A stretch of 64,000 bases of DNA from Candidatus Latescibacterota bacterium (lineage in GTDB: Bacteria > Latescibacterota > CBDEFO01): positions 160,001 to 224,000 of the forward strand of contig CBDEFO010000006.1 of NCBI GenBank assembly GCA_965237525.1, written 5' to 3'. Below the pieces are notes generated by a model. That model saw nothing but the letters and a program-made list of their open reading frames with translations, did not search any database and was not told the origin of the DNA. A program made the position numbers and the translations under genes. Below are positions 51,111-60,295 of the stretch, piece after piece (position 1 is the first letter of the stretch; each line of letters opens with the position of its first letter).

Positions 51111-51406
51111 GTGTGTGGACAAATTTCCAGGAAGAGACACTCTACGGGAGACTGCTTAGCCCACTTCGTGGCTAGCTTCCAGCCCAGGAAAGGGGCCACG
51201 CCGCCTCACAACGAAGTTGCGATGGCCTTTGGTATTGCTTGCTTTTGCCTTGAGTGCCATTGAGAGGGGCAAAGCCTGACGCCGTCTGGCGTTGCGACCC
51301 CGAAGGAGACGACAGGCGGAACCAGAACCAATCTGAAGGGATGGGAGGAGGCACCTGGCTACCCCCCGACCCCCAATAGGTTAAATTGGGGGCTATCGTC
51401 TGTCTA

Positions 51407-51715
51407 TTACTGTCTACTAATCTGCGTCAACTCTCCCTCCAAAAGATGGGAAAGTTTCTTGACCCTGTCATCTAAATCCAATAGTACAGATTCTCCCTCT
51501 CCTCTTTCTTTGAACAGTTCATCTGCCAGGTTTAAGGCTGCAACTATAGCCGCCTTCATTGCGGAGTGCACCGGAATATCCTTTGCCGCTTGCCTCATCT
51601 TATTGTCAACGTAGCGGGCCACCGACTTTACGTATTTCGGGTCTGCCTTCACTTGAACAGGATAATCAGTTCCGAATATTTTTACTACTATCGCCTCTTT
51701 ATCCAGCAATTTCAC
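51407..51715 (-). CDS. zapA: Cell division protein ZapA
   Basis: VKIFGTDY, VARYVDNKM, AIVAALNLADELF. Confidence 0.92.
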   Translation of the reverse strand: MKLLDKEAIVVKIFGTDYPVQVKADPKYVKSVARYVDNKMRQAAKDIPVHSAMKAAIVAALNLADELFKERGEGESVLLDLDDRVKKLSHLLEGELTQISRQ

Positions 51716-52004
51716 TCCCTTTCAATTTTTGCACACTTCCAGAAGAATCCTCAAGGCCGCGTCCTTCTACCTTGGAGACGATCGCCTCAATCTTGGCCTT
51801 GATCTCTTCTTTTTTCTCCAAAAACTGGGAGTTCTGCTCCCTCAAGAGCCCGACTTCTTCAAGCTCGGAAGGTTGTCTTTCCAGGTCCTCTTTAAGCTGT
51901 GTATTCTGCCTTTCGAGCTCCTCTATTTGCCTCCTGAGCTCCCGTATTAGTGCCACAGCCATCTTGACCTGGGATTCCAACTTATCGAGACTTTCGATCT
52001 CCAT
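51699..52004 (-). CDS. ZapB-like coiled-coil protein
   Basis: Heptad-rich 101 aa protein located between pheT and zapA. Confidence 0.7.
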   Translation of the reverse strand: MEIESLDKLESQVKMAVALIRELRRQIEELERQNTQLKEDLERQPSELEEVGLLREQNSQFLEKKEEIKAKIEAIVSKVEGRGLEDSSGSVQKLKGSEIAG

Positions 52005-52047
52005 TTTCCCCTGTCTACTTTTCTTTAGAAAATTATTAGAAAGCCTT

Positions 52048-52117
52048 TGAGATTGCTTCGCCCACTTCGTGGCTTGCTGTCACCCCAGCAAAGCGGCCAC
52101 GCCGCCTCGCAATGACG
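52048..52117. repeat. REP-like element GAGATTGCTTCG...CTCGCAATGAC
   Basis: Degenerate twin at about 51148-51215; relatives near 16567, 24241, 29368, 55843 and 63137. Confidence 0.7.
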
Positions 52118-52153
52118 GTGGGGGGAGGCGGTGTCCTGTCTACTGTCTACTTC

Positions 52154-54553
52154 TTATGAGCGGAGTTCGGCTCCAAAATCCTCTTTAAGCCTTTGAGTTA
52201 TCCTATGAAATAGAGCATCGGCGTGGCTTTCTGATAGTGTAGCTTCCTTTGAGCGGAACTTCAGGGCAACCGCAAGGCTCTTTTTGCCCTCTGATATCTG
52301 ATCCCCCCTGTAAAGGTCGAACAGGTTTACCGATTCTACCAATTCTTTGTCCACATCACGAATCGCAGAAAGGACGTCTCCTGTGGAGACATCCTCCCCT
52401 ATTACAAAGGCAAGATCCCTTTCTGCTGCCGGGTATCTCATAAGTGGACTGAACTTAGTATCCCTCTTCATCCACCCGGAAAGCGATTCAAAGTCCAAAC
52501 AGAACGCAAAGACATCTCTATCGATATCGAACAGGGCAGTTACATCAGAACTCAGCTTGCCCATGCTTCCGAGAGGCTCTTTGTCTATCATCACGCATGC
52601 CGAAAGTCCCTTCTGATATGTAGGTGATTCCTCTGCTCTAAACCTAAACCTAAACTCTAACTGCGATCCACATATCGCTTCTACATAGGCTTCCACTGTG
52701 CCTCTGAGGTCGAAAAAATCGACAGACCTTGCCCCTTCGGTCCAGGATGGAGAGACCCAATTACCCGTAAAGAGGCCAGCTATTTGCTTCCTTTCCTCTA
52801 TTTTTGCCCTATCAGAAGAAGGGATAAATGTCCTTCCGATCTCGAATATCCTGATCGCCTCCATCTTATAGTTCATGTTCCTCTTTGCAACGTCCAGAAG
52901 GCTTACAAGGAGCGTCGTCCTTAAAGCCGAGGCATCGAGGCTTGAGGGGTTGGACAATAGGACAGGTTCAACATCGGATTCTACAGCTTTGAGGAGATGG
53001 GGGTTGCACAGATTAACAGTCACGACCTCCGTCAATCCGAGCCCACAAAGGACGTCCCTGCTTTTTTCAGTCAGTCGCTCCGAATCGCTCTCCTCCACAC
53101 CTAACTTACCTCCGCCTACTTCCCTTTCGGCTATCTCATTATAGCCGTAGACTCTGGCTACCTCCTCGATAAGGTCTATTTCCCTTGTTATGTCAGGTCT
53201 GAAACTCGGGACAGTCGCCTCTATTTTTCCGTCTTCCAGCTTCGCCTTGCATCCCACTGAGTCCAGGATCTCTTTCATCCTGTCTCCATCTATGGAGGTC
53301 CCCAGAATGTTGTTGGCCCTACCTATACGCAAGGGTACAGAGCGCCTTCTGATCGGTTTGGGATATACATCTATGACGCCCTTTGTTGCCCTGCCACCTG
53401 TAACCTCTGCTATCAGTTGAGCCGTCCTGTCTATAGCCCTTACGGGTACTTCGAAATCTGTGCCCCTTTCGAACCTCTGCGACGCCTCCGTCGAAAGTTC
53501 CACTTTCCTTGCAGAAGCCCTCACGACCTTCGACGAAAAGTAAGCACTCTCCAGGAGAATACCCTGGGTCGTATCGGTCACCTCAGAGTTAAGACCTCCC
53601 ATAATCCCGGCCAGCGCCACCGTCTTTTCCCCGTCAGCTATTACCAGGACATCTTCGTCCAGCTTTCGCTCGACGCCGTCTAATGTCGTGAAGATCTCCC
53701 CTTTTTGTGCCCTTTTGACCACGATCTTGTTCTCCGAGAGCATGTCCAAGTCGAAGGCGTGCAAGGGATGGCCCATCTCCATCAGGCAATAGTTAGTCAC
53801 ATCCACTACGCTGTTTATCGGCCTTACCCCCACAGCTTCAAGCCTCCGCCTCATCCACAGGGCCGAACTTTCGACCTTTACGCCTCTTATCACCCTTGCT
53901 GCGTATCGCGGACAGCCTTCCACGTCGGAGATCTCCACCGAGACTATATCCTCAGTTTTCTCCTCCCCTTCGTTGACCTTCACACAGGGCATCCTGAGAC
54001 TCTTGCCTGTAGCCGCTCCTACCTCCCTTGCCACTCCGATTATGCCCATCGAGTCCGGTCTGTTCGGGGTCACCTCAAAGTCGAGGACAACGTCCCTTAA
54101 ATCAAGGGCATCTGCAAGTTTCGCGCCGACTGGGGCGTCATCAGACAGCACCATGATCCCCTCGGCGTCCTCGCCTAATCCTAATTCCACCTCAGAGCAT
54201 ATCATCCCCACGGACTCGACCCCTCTGATCGGACGTCTATCCACAGAGGTCCCGGATGGGAGCTTTGCGCCGACTGTGGCCACCGGAACCTTCTGCCCAA
54301 CATCCACATTCGGCGCTCCACACACAATGTCCAACTTTTCGTCCCTGACATCAACTCCCACGACCCAGAGTCTGTCCGCATCCGGATGCCCCACCTTCGA
54401 GATCACCTCTCCCACCACTACATCCTCAAATTCATCTCCCAACCTCTCTGTCGATTCCAGATCGAGCCCCAACATCATCAGACACTCTCCCAACTGGTCG
54501 GGAGTCATTTCCAAGTCAATGTAGTCTTTGAGCCAGTTGTAAGAAACTTTCAT
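52154..54553 (-). CDS. pheT: Phenylalanine--tRNA ligase beta subunit
   Basis: MKVSYNWLKDY, HPDADRL, VCGAPN, TPNRPD, RFERG, DLIEEVARVYGY. Confidence 0.97.
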   Translation of the reverse strand: MKVSYNWLKDYIDLEMTPDQLGECLMMLGLDLESTERLGDEFEDVVVGEVISKVGHPDADRLWVVGVDVRDEKLDIVCGAPNVDVGQKVPVATVGAKLPSGTSVDRRPIRGVESVGMICSEVELGLGEDAEGIMVLSDDAPVGAKLADALDLRDVVLDFEVTPNRPDSMGIIGVAREVGAATGKSLRMPCVKVNEGEEKTEDIVSVEISDVEGCPRYAARVIRGVKVESSALWMRRRLEAVGVRPINSVVDVTNYCLMEMGHPLHAFDLDMLSENKIVVKRAQKGEIFTTLDGVERKLDEDVLVIADGEKTVALAGIMGGLNSEVTDTTQGILLESAYFSSKVVRASARKVELSTEASQRFERGTDFEVPVRAIDRTAQLIAEVTGGRATKGVIDVYPKPIRRRSVPLRIGRANNILGTSIDGDRMKEILDSVGCKAKLEDGKIEATVPSFRPDITREIDLIEEVARVYGYNEIAEREVGGGKLGVEESDSERLTEKSRDVLCGLGLTEVVTVNLCNPHLLKAVESDVEPVLLSNPSSLDASALRTTLLVSLLDVAKRNMNYKMEAIRIFEIGRTFIPSSDRAKIEERKQIAGLFTGNWVSPSWTEGARSVDFFDLRGTVEAYVEAICGSQLEFRFRFRAEESPTYQKGLSACVMIDKEPLGSMGKLSSDVTALFDIDRDVFAFCLDFESLSGWMKRDTKFSPLMRYPAAERDLAFVIGEDVSTGDVLSAIRDVDKELVESVNLFDLYRGDQISEGKKSLAVALKFRSKEATLSESHADALFHRITQRLKEDFGAELRS

Positions 54554-54711
54554 AGACAGAATCGTCCCCGATTGAGCCCCCGATAGATTCAATCGGGGGT
54601 CGGAGATCGCTTTGCTGCCTCCAATTAGATCGGAGGTCGCCATGATGTTACTTACTTTTGCCTTGACTGACTACAGGGTGCCAAACCCGGAGGCAACCTC
54701 ATAGGCGCAAG

Positions 54712-55788
54712 TTAGAATTGAGAGATAAAGCGCAAGTCACTTTCCAAAAAGAGTCTTATGTCGTCAATGCCGTACTTGACCATAGCTACCCTTTCGATTC
54801 CCATCCCGAATGCGTAGCCCGTCCATACCTCGGGGTCGTAGCCTACGGCTCTGAACACCTCAGGATCCACCATGCCGCATCCTGCAATCTCGATCCAGCC
54901 GGTGCCTTTGCAGACACTGCATCCCTTCATATCGCATAGGACACACGAAAAGTCATATTCTGCGCTCGGCTCTGTGAACGGAAAGAAGTGGGGGCGGAAT
55001 CTTACCTTCACATCTTCGCCGAGTATCTTCCTTGCAAAGACCGATATGACGCCCTTGAGGTCTCCAAACGTCACATCGTTGTCCACGTATAGACCTTCCA
55101 CCTGATGGAAGATGAAATGGTGCGTGGCGTCTGACGTATCCTTCCGATAGACCCTTCCAGGGGAGATTATTCGAACGGGGGGAGATGTCTTTTCCATCAC
55201 CCGTATCTGCACCGGTGAGGTCTCGGTTCGAAGCAGAAGATCCCCCGTAGATTCAATCGGGGACAAGATGTAGAACGTATCTCTGGTATCCCGTGCGGGG
55301 TGATCCGGGGGTGTGTTCAAAGCGTCAAAGTTGTAGTACTCGGTCTCCACCTCGGGTCCATCTGCAACCGAAAAGCCCATACTCGTAAATATCTGAACAA
55401 TCCGGTCTGTGACCACTGTCAGAGGATGTCTCTTTCCAAGTGTTCTTTTTCTTCCGGGTAGAGTTATATCCACAGCCTCCTGGAATTCCTTGGCCCCCTT
55501 CTCTATCTTGACAATGATCGCATCTATCCTGCGGGTTATCTCATTTTGAGCCAGTCCGGCGGCTTTGCCCACATCTTTGCGAAGCTGGGGAGACAGTGAG
55601 CCTATTCCTCTTGACATCCTGGTTAGTTGCCCGCTTTTCCTTCCCAGATACTTGATCCTGATCTGCTCCAATTCGTTTGGATCAGAGCACGATTCAAGTT
55701 CCTTGATCGCCTCCTGTCTGATATTCTCTATGACCTCTACCAGCCCATCCCCGTCCGGCACACTATCTTTTGTCTTTTCAGCCTCCAT
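54712..55788 (-). CDS. pheS: Phenylalanine--tRNA ligase alpha subunit
   Basis: NFDALN, HPARD, FHQVEGL, FPFTEPSAE, AFGMGIER. Confidence 0.97.
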   Translation of the reverse strand: MEAEKTKDSVPDGDGLVEVIENIRQEAIKELESCSDPNELEQIRIKYLGRKSGQLTRMSRGIGSLSPQLRKDVGKAAGLAQNEITRRIDAIIVKIEKGAKEFQEAVDITLPGRKRTLGKRHPLTVVTDRIVQIFTSMGFSVADGPEVETEYYNFDALNTPPDHPARDTRDTFYILSPIESTGDLLLRTETSPVQIRVMEKTSPPVRIISPGRVYRKDTSDATHHFIFHQVEGLYVDNDVTFGDLKGVISVFARKILGEDVKVRFRPHFFPFTEPSAEYDFSCVLCDMKGCSVCKGTGWIEIAGCGMVDPEVFRAVGYDPEVWTGYAFGMGIERVAMVKYGIDDIRLFLESDLRFISQF

Positions 55789-56035
55789 ACATAACTCTTC
55801 CAAAATAGTAGACTGTTGACCGAGCACCACCTCCGCACCCTTCAGATTGCTTCGGGGCTTTGCCCCTCGCACTGACTAAGGATCGAAGCAGAGTAGCGTC
55901 ATTGCGAGCCCACGATTGAATCCATCGGGGCAGCCTAGAGCCTTTAGCCCAGAGCGAAGCGAAGGGTCTGCCAAGCAATCTCGCAGACAGCAGTCAGGGA
56001 TACTCCTCTTCTGTCTACCGTATGCTGTCAACTGT

Positions 56036-56395
56036 CTACTTGGCTAATGCTTTGCTGGCTTTTTCTGCCAGAGCGGCAAAGGCACTTTCATCTGACACAG
56101 CTAAGTTTGCAAGGATCTTCCTGTTTATATTTATGCCTGCTGCCTTCAGACCCGTAATAAACTGGCTGTAAGATAATCCATTTAGCCTTGCAGCGGCGTT
56201 GATCCTTGTTATCCAGAGTCGTCTGAAATCCCTCTTTTTTCTTTTTCTGTCCCTGTAGGCGTAAACAAGCCCCCTGTTGACGCTCTCTACGGCTGTCTTA
56301 TAGAGCCTGTTCCTTGCGCCCCGGTAGCCCTTTGCTAACTTCAGGATCTTCTTTCTGCGCCTTCGAGACGCGATGCTATTTTTGGCCCTCGGCAT
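56036..56395 (-). CDS. rplT: 50S ribosomal protein L20
   Basis: [27 protein letters not shown]. Confidence 0.98.
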   Translation of the reverse strand: MPRAKNSIASRRRRKKILKLAKGYRGARNRLYKTAVESVNRGLVYAYRDRKRKKRDFRRLWITRINAAARLNGLSYSQFITGLKAAGININRKILANLAVSDESAFAALAEKASKALAK

Positions 56396-56404
56396 CTTCT
56401 TCTC

Positions 56405-56605
56405 CTATTTCTTGCCAGCTAACATTCTTTTTACTCTGCCCAGATCCACAGAACTGATACGATCCGGACTATTTATTCTTCTTTTCCTTTTACTGCTCTT
56501 TTTCGCCAGCTTGTGACTCGAACATCCTTTGTTCCTTTTGATCACACTACCCGCTGTCTTTTTGAACCTCTTGGCGGCGCTCTTTCTTGTCTTAATTTTA
56601 GGCAT
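56405..56605 (-). CDS. rpmI: 50S ribosomal protein L35
   Basis: MPKIKTRKSAAKRFK. Confidence 0.97.
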   Translation of the reverse strand: MPKIKTRKSAAKRFKKTAGSVIKRNKGCSSHKLAKKSSKRKRRINSPDRISSVDLGRVKRMLAGKK

Positions 56606-56711
56606 CAGAGCCTCCCTTTGTTAAGCAGATAGCAGCATCAGATAGCATACACGGATGGGAAGAGATCCCCCTGTCTACTGTTTGCTGTCCACTTGCTTAT
56701 GCTATTTACTC

Positions 56712-57233
56712 TCATTTGGGGGAGAGAATCATAAACAACGTTCTCCCTTCAGACTTGGCGGCAGCTTCTATCTTGCCGATGTCCTCTACGTCCTCCTGAA
56801 CTCTATCCAGGAGCCTGCGACCGAACTCCCTGTATGCGTTCTGCCTGCCCTTGAATACCACTGTGACTTTGACTCTATTTTTTTGATCGATGAAGTTCCT
56901 TATATGACGGAGTTTGAACTCATAATCGTGAGTTGCCTCGGACGGAGTGAACCTCATCTCCTTGAGCTGGACAGTATGCTGCTTTTTCTTGGCGTCTTTG
57001 AGCTTCTTGCTCTGCTCGTATTTATATTTGCCGTAGTCCATTATGCGACAGACCGGCGGCTTGGCGTTTGGAGAAACCTCCACAAGGTCCAGATCCCGTT
57101 CCTGTGCCAGTTGGAGAGCATTCCTTGTCTCCATAACACCTACCTGGTTCCCGTCCGAATCTATAACTCTGATCTGAGGGATGCGGATTTGATTGTTGAC
57201 TCTGGTTGTATCTTTCTTGATCCTTTTATTGAT
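56712..57233 (-). CDS. infC: Translation initiation factor IF-3, with a non-canonical ATC start
   Basis: GGAGGTG-N7-ATC at 57233 with an in-frame TAA just upstream; RVNNQIRIPQIRVID, DLVEVSP, PPVCRIMDYGKY. Confidence 0.93.
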   Translation of the reverse strand: MNKRIKKDTTRVNNQIRIPQIRVIDSDGNQVGVMETRNALQLAQERDLDLVEVSPNAKPPVCRIMDYGKYKYEQSKKLKDAKKKQHTVQLKEMRFTPSEATHDYEFKLRHIRNFIDQKNRVKVTVVFKGRQNAYREFGRRLLDRVQEDVEDIGKIEAAAKSEGRTLFMILSPK

Positions 57234-57319
57234 CCTTTATCACCTCCGTATAAACAAAACGTGTAACACAAAGCATAGCGAAAAAATAGAGTGCGCTCTA
57301 CGTTACACGTCTTCAAGAA

Positions 57320-59245
57320 TTAGAATTGTCCCTTTACCTCTATTTCCTCGAGCATTTTTCTTTTCAGATCTTCAAGCGATAGGGTGTCGAGATCACCTCT
57401 GCCGTGACTCCGAAGGGAAACTGTTTCCTTTTCAATCTCTTTGGCGCCGACAACCGCCATGTATGGAATTTTTTGGACTTCGGCTTTTCTGATCTTATTT
57501 CCGAGTTTTCCGCTCTCTTGCTCCACTTCGGCTCTTATGCCTTCTTTTTTGAGTTCATCGGCCACCCTTTGGGCGTAGTCCATATGGTCGTCAGTGATCG
57601 GGAGCACAAGCGCCTGCACGGGAGCAAGCCACAGTGGAAACGCACCTGCATAGTGCTCGATAAGCGCGCCGAAGAATCTCTCCATAGACCCCAGAAGTGT
57701 CCTGTGAACCATATAGGGTCTTTTATCTTTCCCATCCTCGCCCACAAACGTCATATCGAACCTTTCGGGCATATTAAAATCGAACTGGATAGTGGTACAC
57801 TGCCAGGAGTGCCCAATAGAATCCCTTATGTACAGATCTATCTTCGGCCCGTAGAAGGATCCACCTCCTTCATCCACCTGGTAAGAAAGCCCCTTTTTGT
57901 CGATAGCCCTCCTTAGAGCCTCAGTTGCCCTTTCCCAGTCCTCGTCGCTCCCTACCGCCTTTTCTGGTTTGGTCGAAAGGTACATCTGTATATCCTTATC
58001 CTTAAACCCGAATGCACCCAGCACGTCCAGAGTGAAATCGATCACACCTAATATCTCATCTTCGACCTGATCTGGGCGGCAGAATATGTGAGCGTCGTCC
58101 TGTGTGAAGCCCCGAACCCTCGAAAGGCCGTAAAGTGTGCCTGATCTTTCGTATCTGTAGACCGTTCCGAGCTCCGCCCATCTGAACGGGAGATCCCTGT
58201 AGCTCCTTAAATGGTTCCTGTAAATCTGAATGTGAAAGGGACAGTTCATAGGCTTGAGATAATACTCCTGTCCCTCGATGTCCATAGAAGAGTACATGTT
58301 CTCCTTAAAGAAATCCAGATGCCCGCTGGTCTCCCAGAGATCTCCTTTGCCTATATGGGGCGAATAGACGAGCTCGTATCCTCCGTCGTAGTGAGCTTTT
58401 CGCCAGAAATCCTCAATAGCTGTCCTTATTCTCCCTCCCTTTGGATGCCACAAGATAAGTCCGGGGCCTACGCTTTGGTTTATCGAAAAGAGGTCAAGTT
58501 CTCTGCCCAGGACTCTGTGATCGCGTCTTTTTGCCTCTTCCAACCGTTCGATGTGCTCATCAAGACCAGCCCTTTTGGGGAAGGATATGCCGTATATCCT
58601 TTGGAGCATCTTATTTCTCTCGTCCCCGCGCCAGTACGCCCCGCTGCTCCTCAGGAGCTTGAAAGCCTTCACAGCGCCTGTTGACGGGACGTGAGGACCT
58701 CTGCAGAGGTCGAAGAAGCTCCCCTGCCTGTAGGCCGTGATAACCTCACCATCATCTATACCGTCAAGTATCTCGACCTTATAGGCCTCACCCATCTCTT
58801 TGAACGTCTTTATCGCTTCATCCCTTGTCAGCACCTGCCTTTGAAAGGGATAGTCCTCCACCAGGATCTGTCCCATCCTGTCTTCGATCTTCTCCAGATC
58901 CTGGGGAGTAAAGGGCTCGGGCACGTCGAAATCGTAGTAGAAGCCGTCCTGGATGGGGGGACCTATCGTAACTTTCACCTCGGGGAAAAGTTGCACCACC
59001 GCCTGGGCCATAATGTGAGAGGTGCTGTGCCAGTAGACCTGCTTTCCCTCATCGTCAGAAAACGTAAGGATCTCAACCTCGGAGTCGGACTCGATCCTAC
59101 TATTTAAGTCCACCACCTTCCCATCCACTTTCCCTGCAATTGCATCTTTCAAAAGCCTTGGTCCTATATCCGCCGCAATATGCTCTAAAGTTACGCCCTT
59201 TTCGTACTCCTTTTTGCTGCCGTCCGGGAGAGTAACTGTAATCAA
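57320..59245 (-). CDS. thrS: Threonine--tRNA ligase
   Basis: TGS domain ITVTLPDGS, HSTSH, DLCRGPH, KPMNCPFH, RVRGFTQDDAH, FYGPKID. Start set at TTG 59245. Confidence 0.97.
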   Translation of the reverse strand: MITVTLPDGSKKEYEKGVTLEHIAADIGPRLLKDAIAGKVDGKVVDLNSRIESDSEVEILTFSDDEGKQVYWHSTSHIMAQAVVQLFPEVKVTIGPPIQDGFYYDFDVPEPFTPQDLEKIEDRMGQILVEDYPFQRQVLTRDEAIKTFKEMGEAYKVEILDGIDDGEVITAYRQGSFFDLCRGPHVPSTGAVKAFKLLRSSGAYWRGDERNKMLQRIYGISFPKRAGLDEHIERLEEAKRRDHRVLGRELDLFSINQSVGPGLILWHPKGGRIRTAIEDFWRKAHYDGGYELVYSPHIGKGDLWETSGHLDFFKENMYSSMDIEGQEYYLKPMNCPFHIQIYRNHLRSYRDLPFRWAELGTVYRYERSGTLYGLSRVRGFTQDDAHIFCRPDQVEDEILGVIDFTLDVLGAFGFKDKDIQMYLSTKPEKAVGSDEDWERATEALRRAIDKKGLSYQVDEGGGSFYGPKIDLYIRDSIGHSWQCTTIQFDFNMPERFDMTFVGEDGKDKRPYMVHRTLLGSMERFFGALIEHYAGAFPLWLAPVQALVLPITDDHMDYAQRVADELKKEGIRAEVEQESGKLGNKIRKAEVQKIPYMAVVGAKEIEKETVSLRSHGRGDLDTLSLEDLKRKMLEEIEVKGQF

Positions 59246-59375
59246 TTTTTCTTGAGATCTCCTTCTTTGCAAAGCGCCAACATCAAGCAGGGGTGAGGTC
59301 ACCCCGCCCTTACCATAAAGGTTACAGCGTAGATCAAAGTACGAACCCACAATTATTACGAATACTATCTGTTAA

Positions 59376-59404
59376 AATCTATATTGTTAACTCTGTTTTG
59401 TCAA
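59376..59404 (-). promoter_or_regulatory. sigma70-type promoter upstream of thrS
   Basis: TTGACA-N17-TAGATT. Confidence 0.55.
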
Positions 59405-59563
59405 GAGAAAACGGTCGAGCGCAAACGATAGCAGACAGGTAAGATTGCTTCATCAGACAGGAATGTCTGACCCACCAGAAGAGTGTGTTGATAATGTGGT
59501 TGGTAGGACAGACATTTTTGTCTGTCCATTTGCTTCATCAGACAAGAATATCTTCCCTACTGT

Positions 59564-59881
59564 CTACTTACTTTCCTGGAGGCGAACAGATATTGCCATT
59601 TCCTCTTCGGCTTGAGGTATCATTCCCTTACGCTGATACATCATCGAAAGACTACTGTGAGTTAAGGGGTCGTCTGGTGTGATCTCCACAGCCTTCTTGA
59701 TGTACTCCAAAGCCTGATCGTACATCTCCTTTTTCTCATAGACGTGCCCCAAAGCCAAAAGCACCTCCGCAAATTGGGGATCCATTTCCAATGCCTTATT
59801 GAGATCCTCCAAAGCCCCGTCCAGATCTCCCTGTCCGTATTTGGTTACTCCCTCCATATACAGATCTTCTTTTTGTCCCAT
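59564..59881 (-). CDS. Small tetratricopeptide repeat protein
   Basis: ALEDLNKALEMDP and ALEYIKKAVEITP TPR patterns. Confidence 0.85.
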   Translation of the reverse strand: MGQKEDLYMEGVTKYGQGDLDGALEDLNKALEMDPQFAEVLLALGHVYEKKEMYDQALEYIKKAVEITPDDPLTHSSLSMMYQRKGMIPQAEEEMAISVRLQESK

Positions 59882-60154
59882 AGTAGTGTCCTTGCATTTA
59901 GGGTATTATCAGATGACCAGCTACTTCGTAAATTGCCTCAATCAAACCTAAGCTTTTTTATCCTTTGTGTCAAGTCCAAAATAGTAGGCAGCATACAGTC
60001 AGAGGGAGTCTGGGGAGATAGGTTTGCCCTCGGTCACAATGACACTTATTATCTACTAAGTGTTCCGTCAATGTGAAGGTTGAAAGCCCCGGAGCCCCGA
60101 GAGAATCAATCGAGCTCTCAAGTGACAGGTGGCGGTGCCCTGTCTACTTTTCAT

Positions 60155-60181
60155 TAAAGGATACCTACAGGGTGCCGATAT
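60155..60181 (+). promoter_or_regulatory. sigma-28 (FliA/SigD) promoter
   Basis: TAAA-N15-GCCGATAT, matching the consensus and pointing at the flagellin gene. Confidence 0.85.
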
Positions 60182-60295
60182 AATAGAGGGAGAACATTAT
60201 AGTATGAGTGAACAGACGACACTACGTCCAGAATCGCCTCAAGCCGGAAGGGAAGATATGAAAACCGCTAGAAATATCTAAAGCGAGAGACATTA

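Noticed and set aside
52636..52660. TTTAGG repeats in pheT (EFRFRFR) as a telomere-like or contingency repeat
   Set aside because: Only about three units; best explained as minor in-frame slippage.
55790..56035. T-box or pheM-type attenuator upstream of pheS
   Set aside because: No T-box consensus or Phe-rich leader peptide; the region consists of REP-like repeats.
48308..59350. Long N-terminal extensions in the ORF track for ymdB, pheS and thrS
   Set aside because: They run through repeat-rich or leader DNA. Family-consistent starts lie downstream at 49099, 55788 and 59245.
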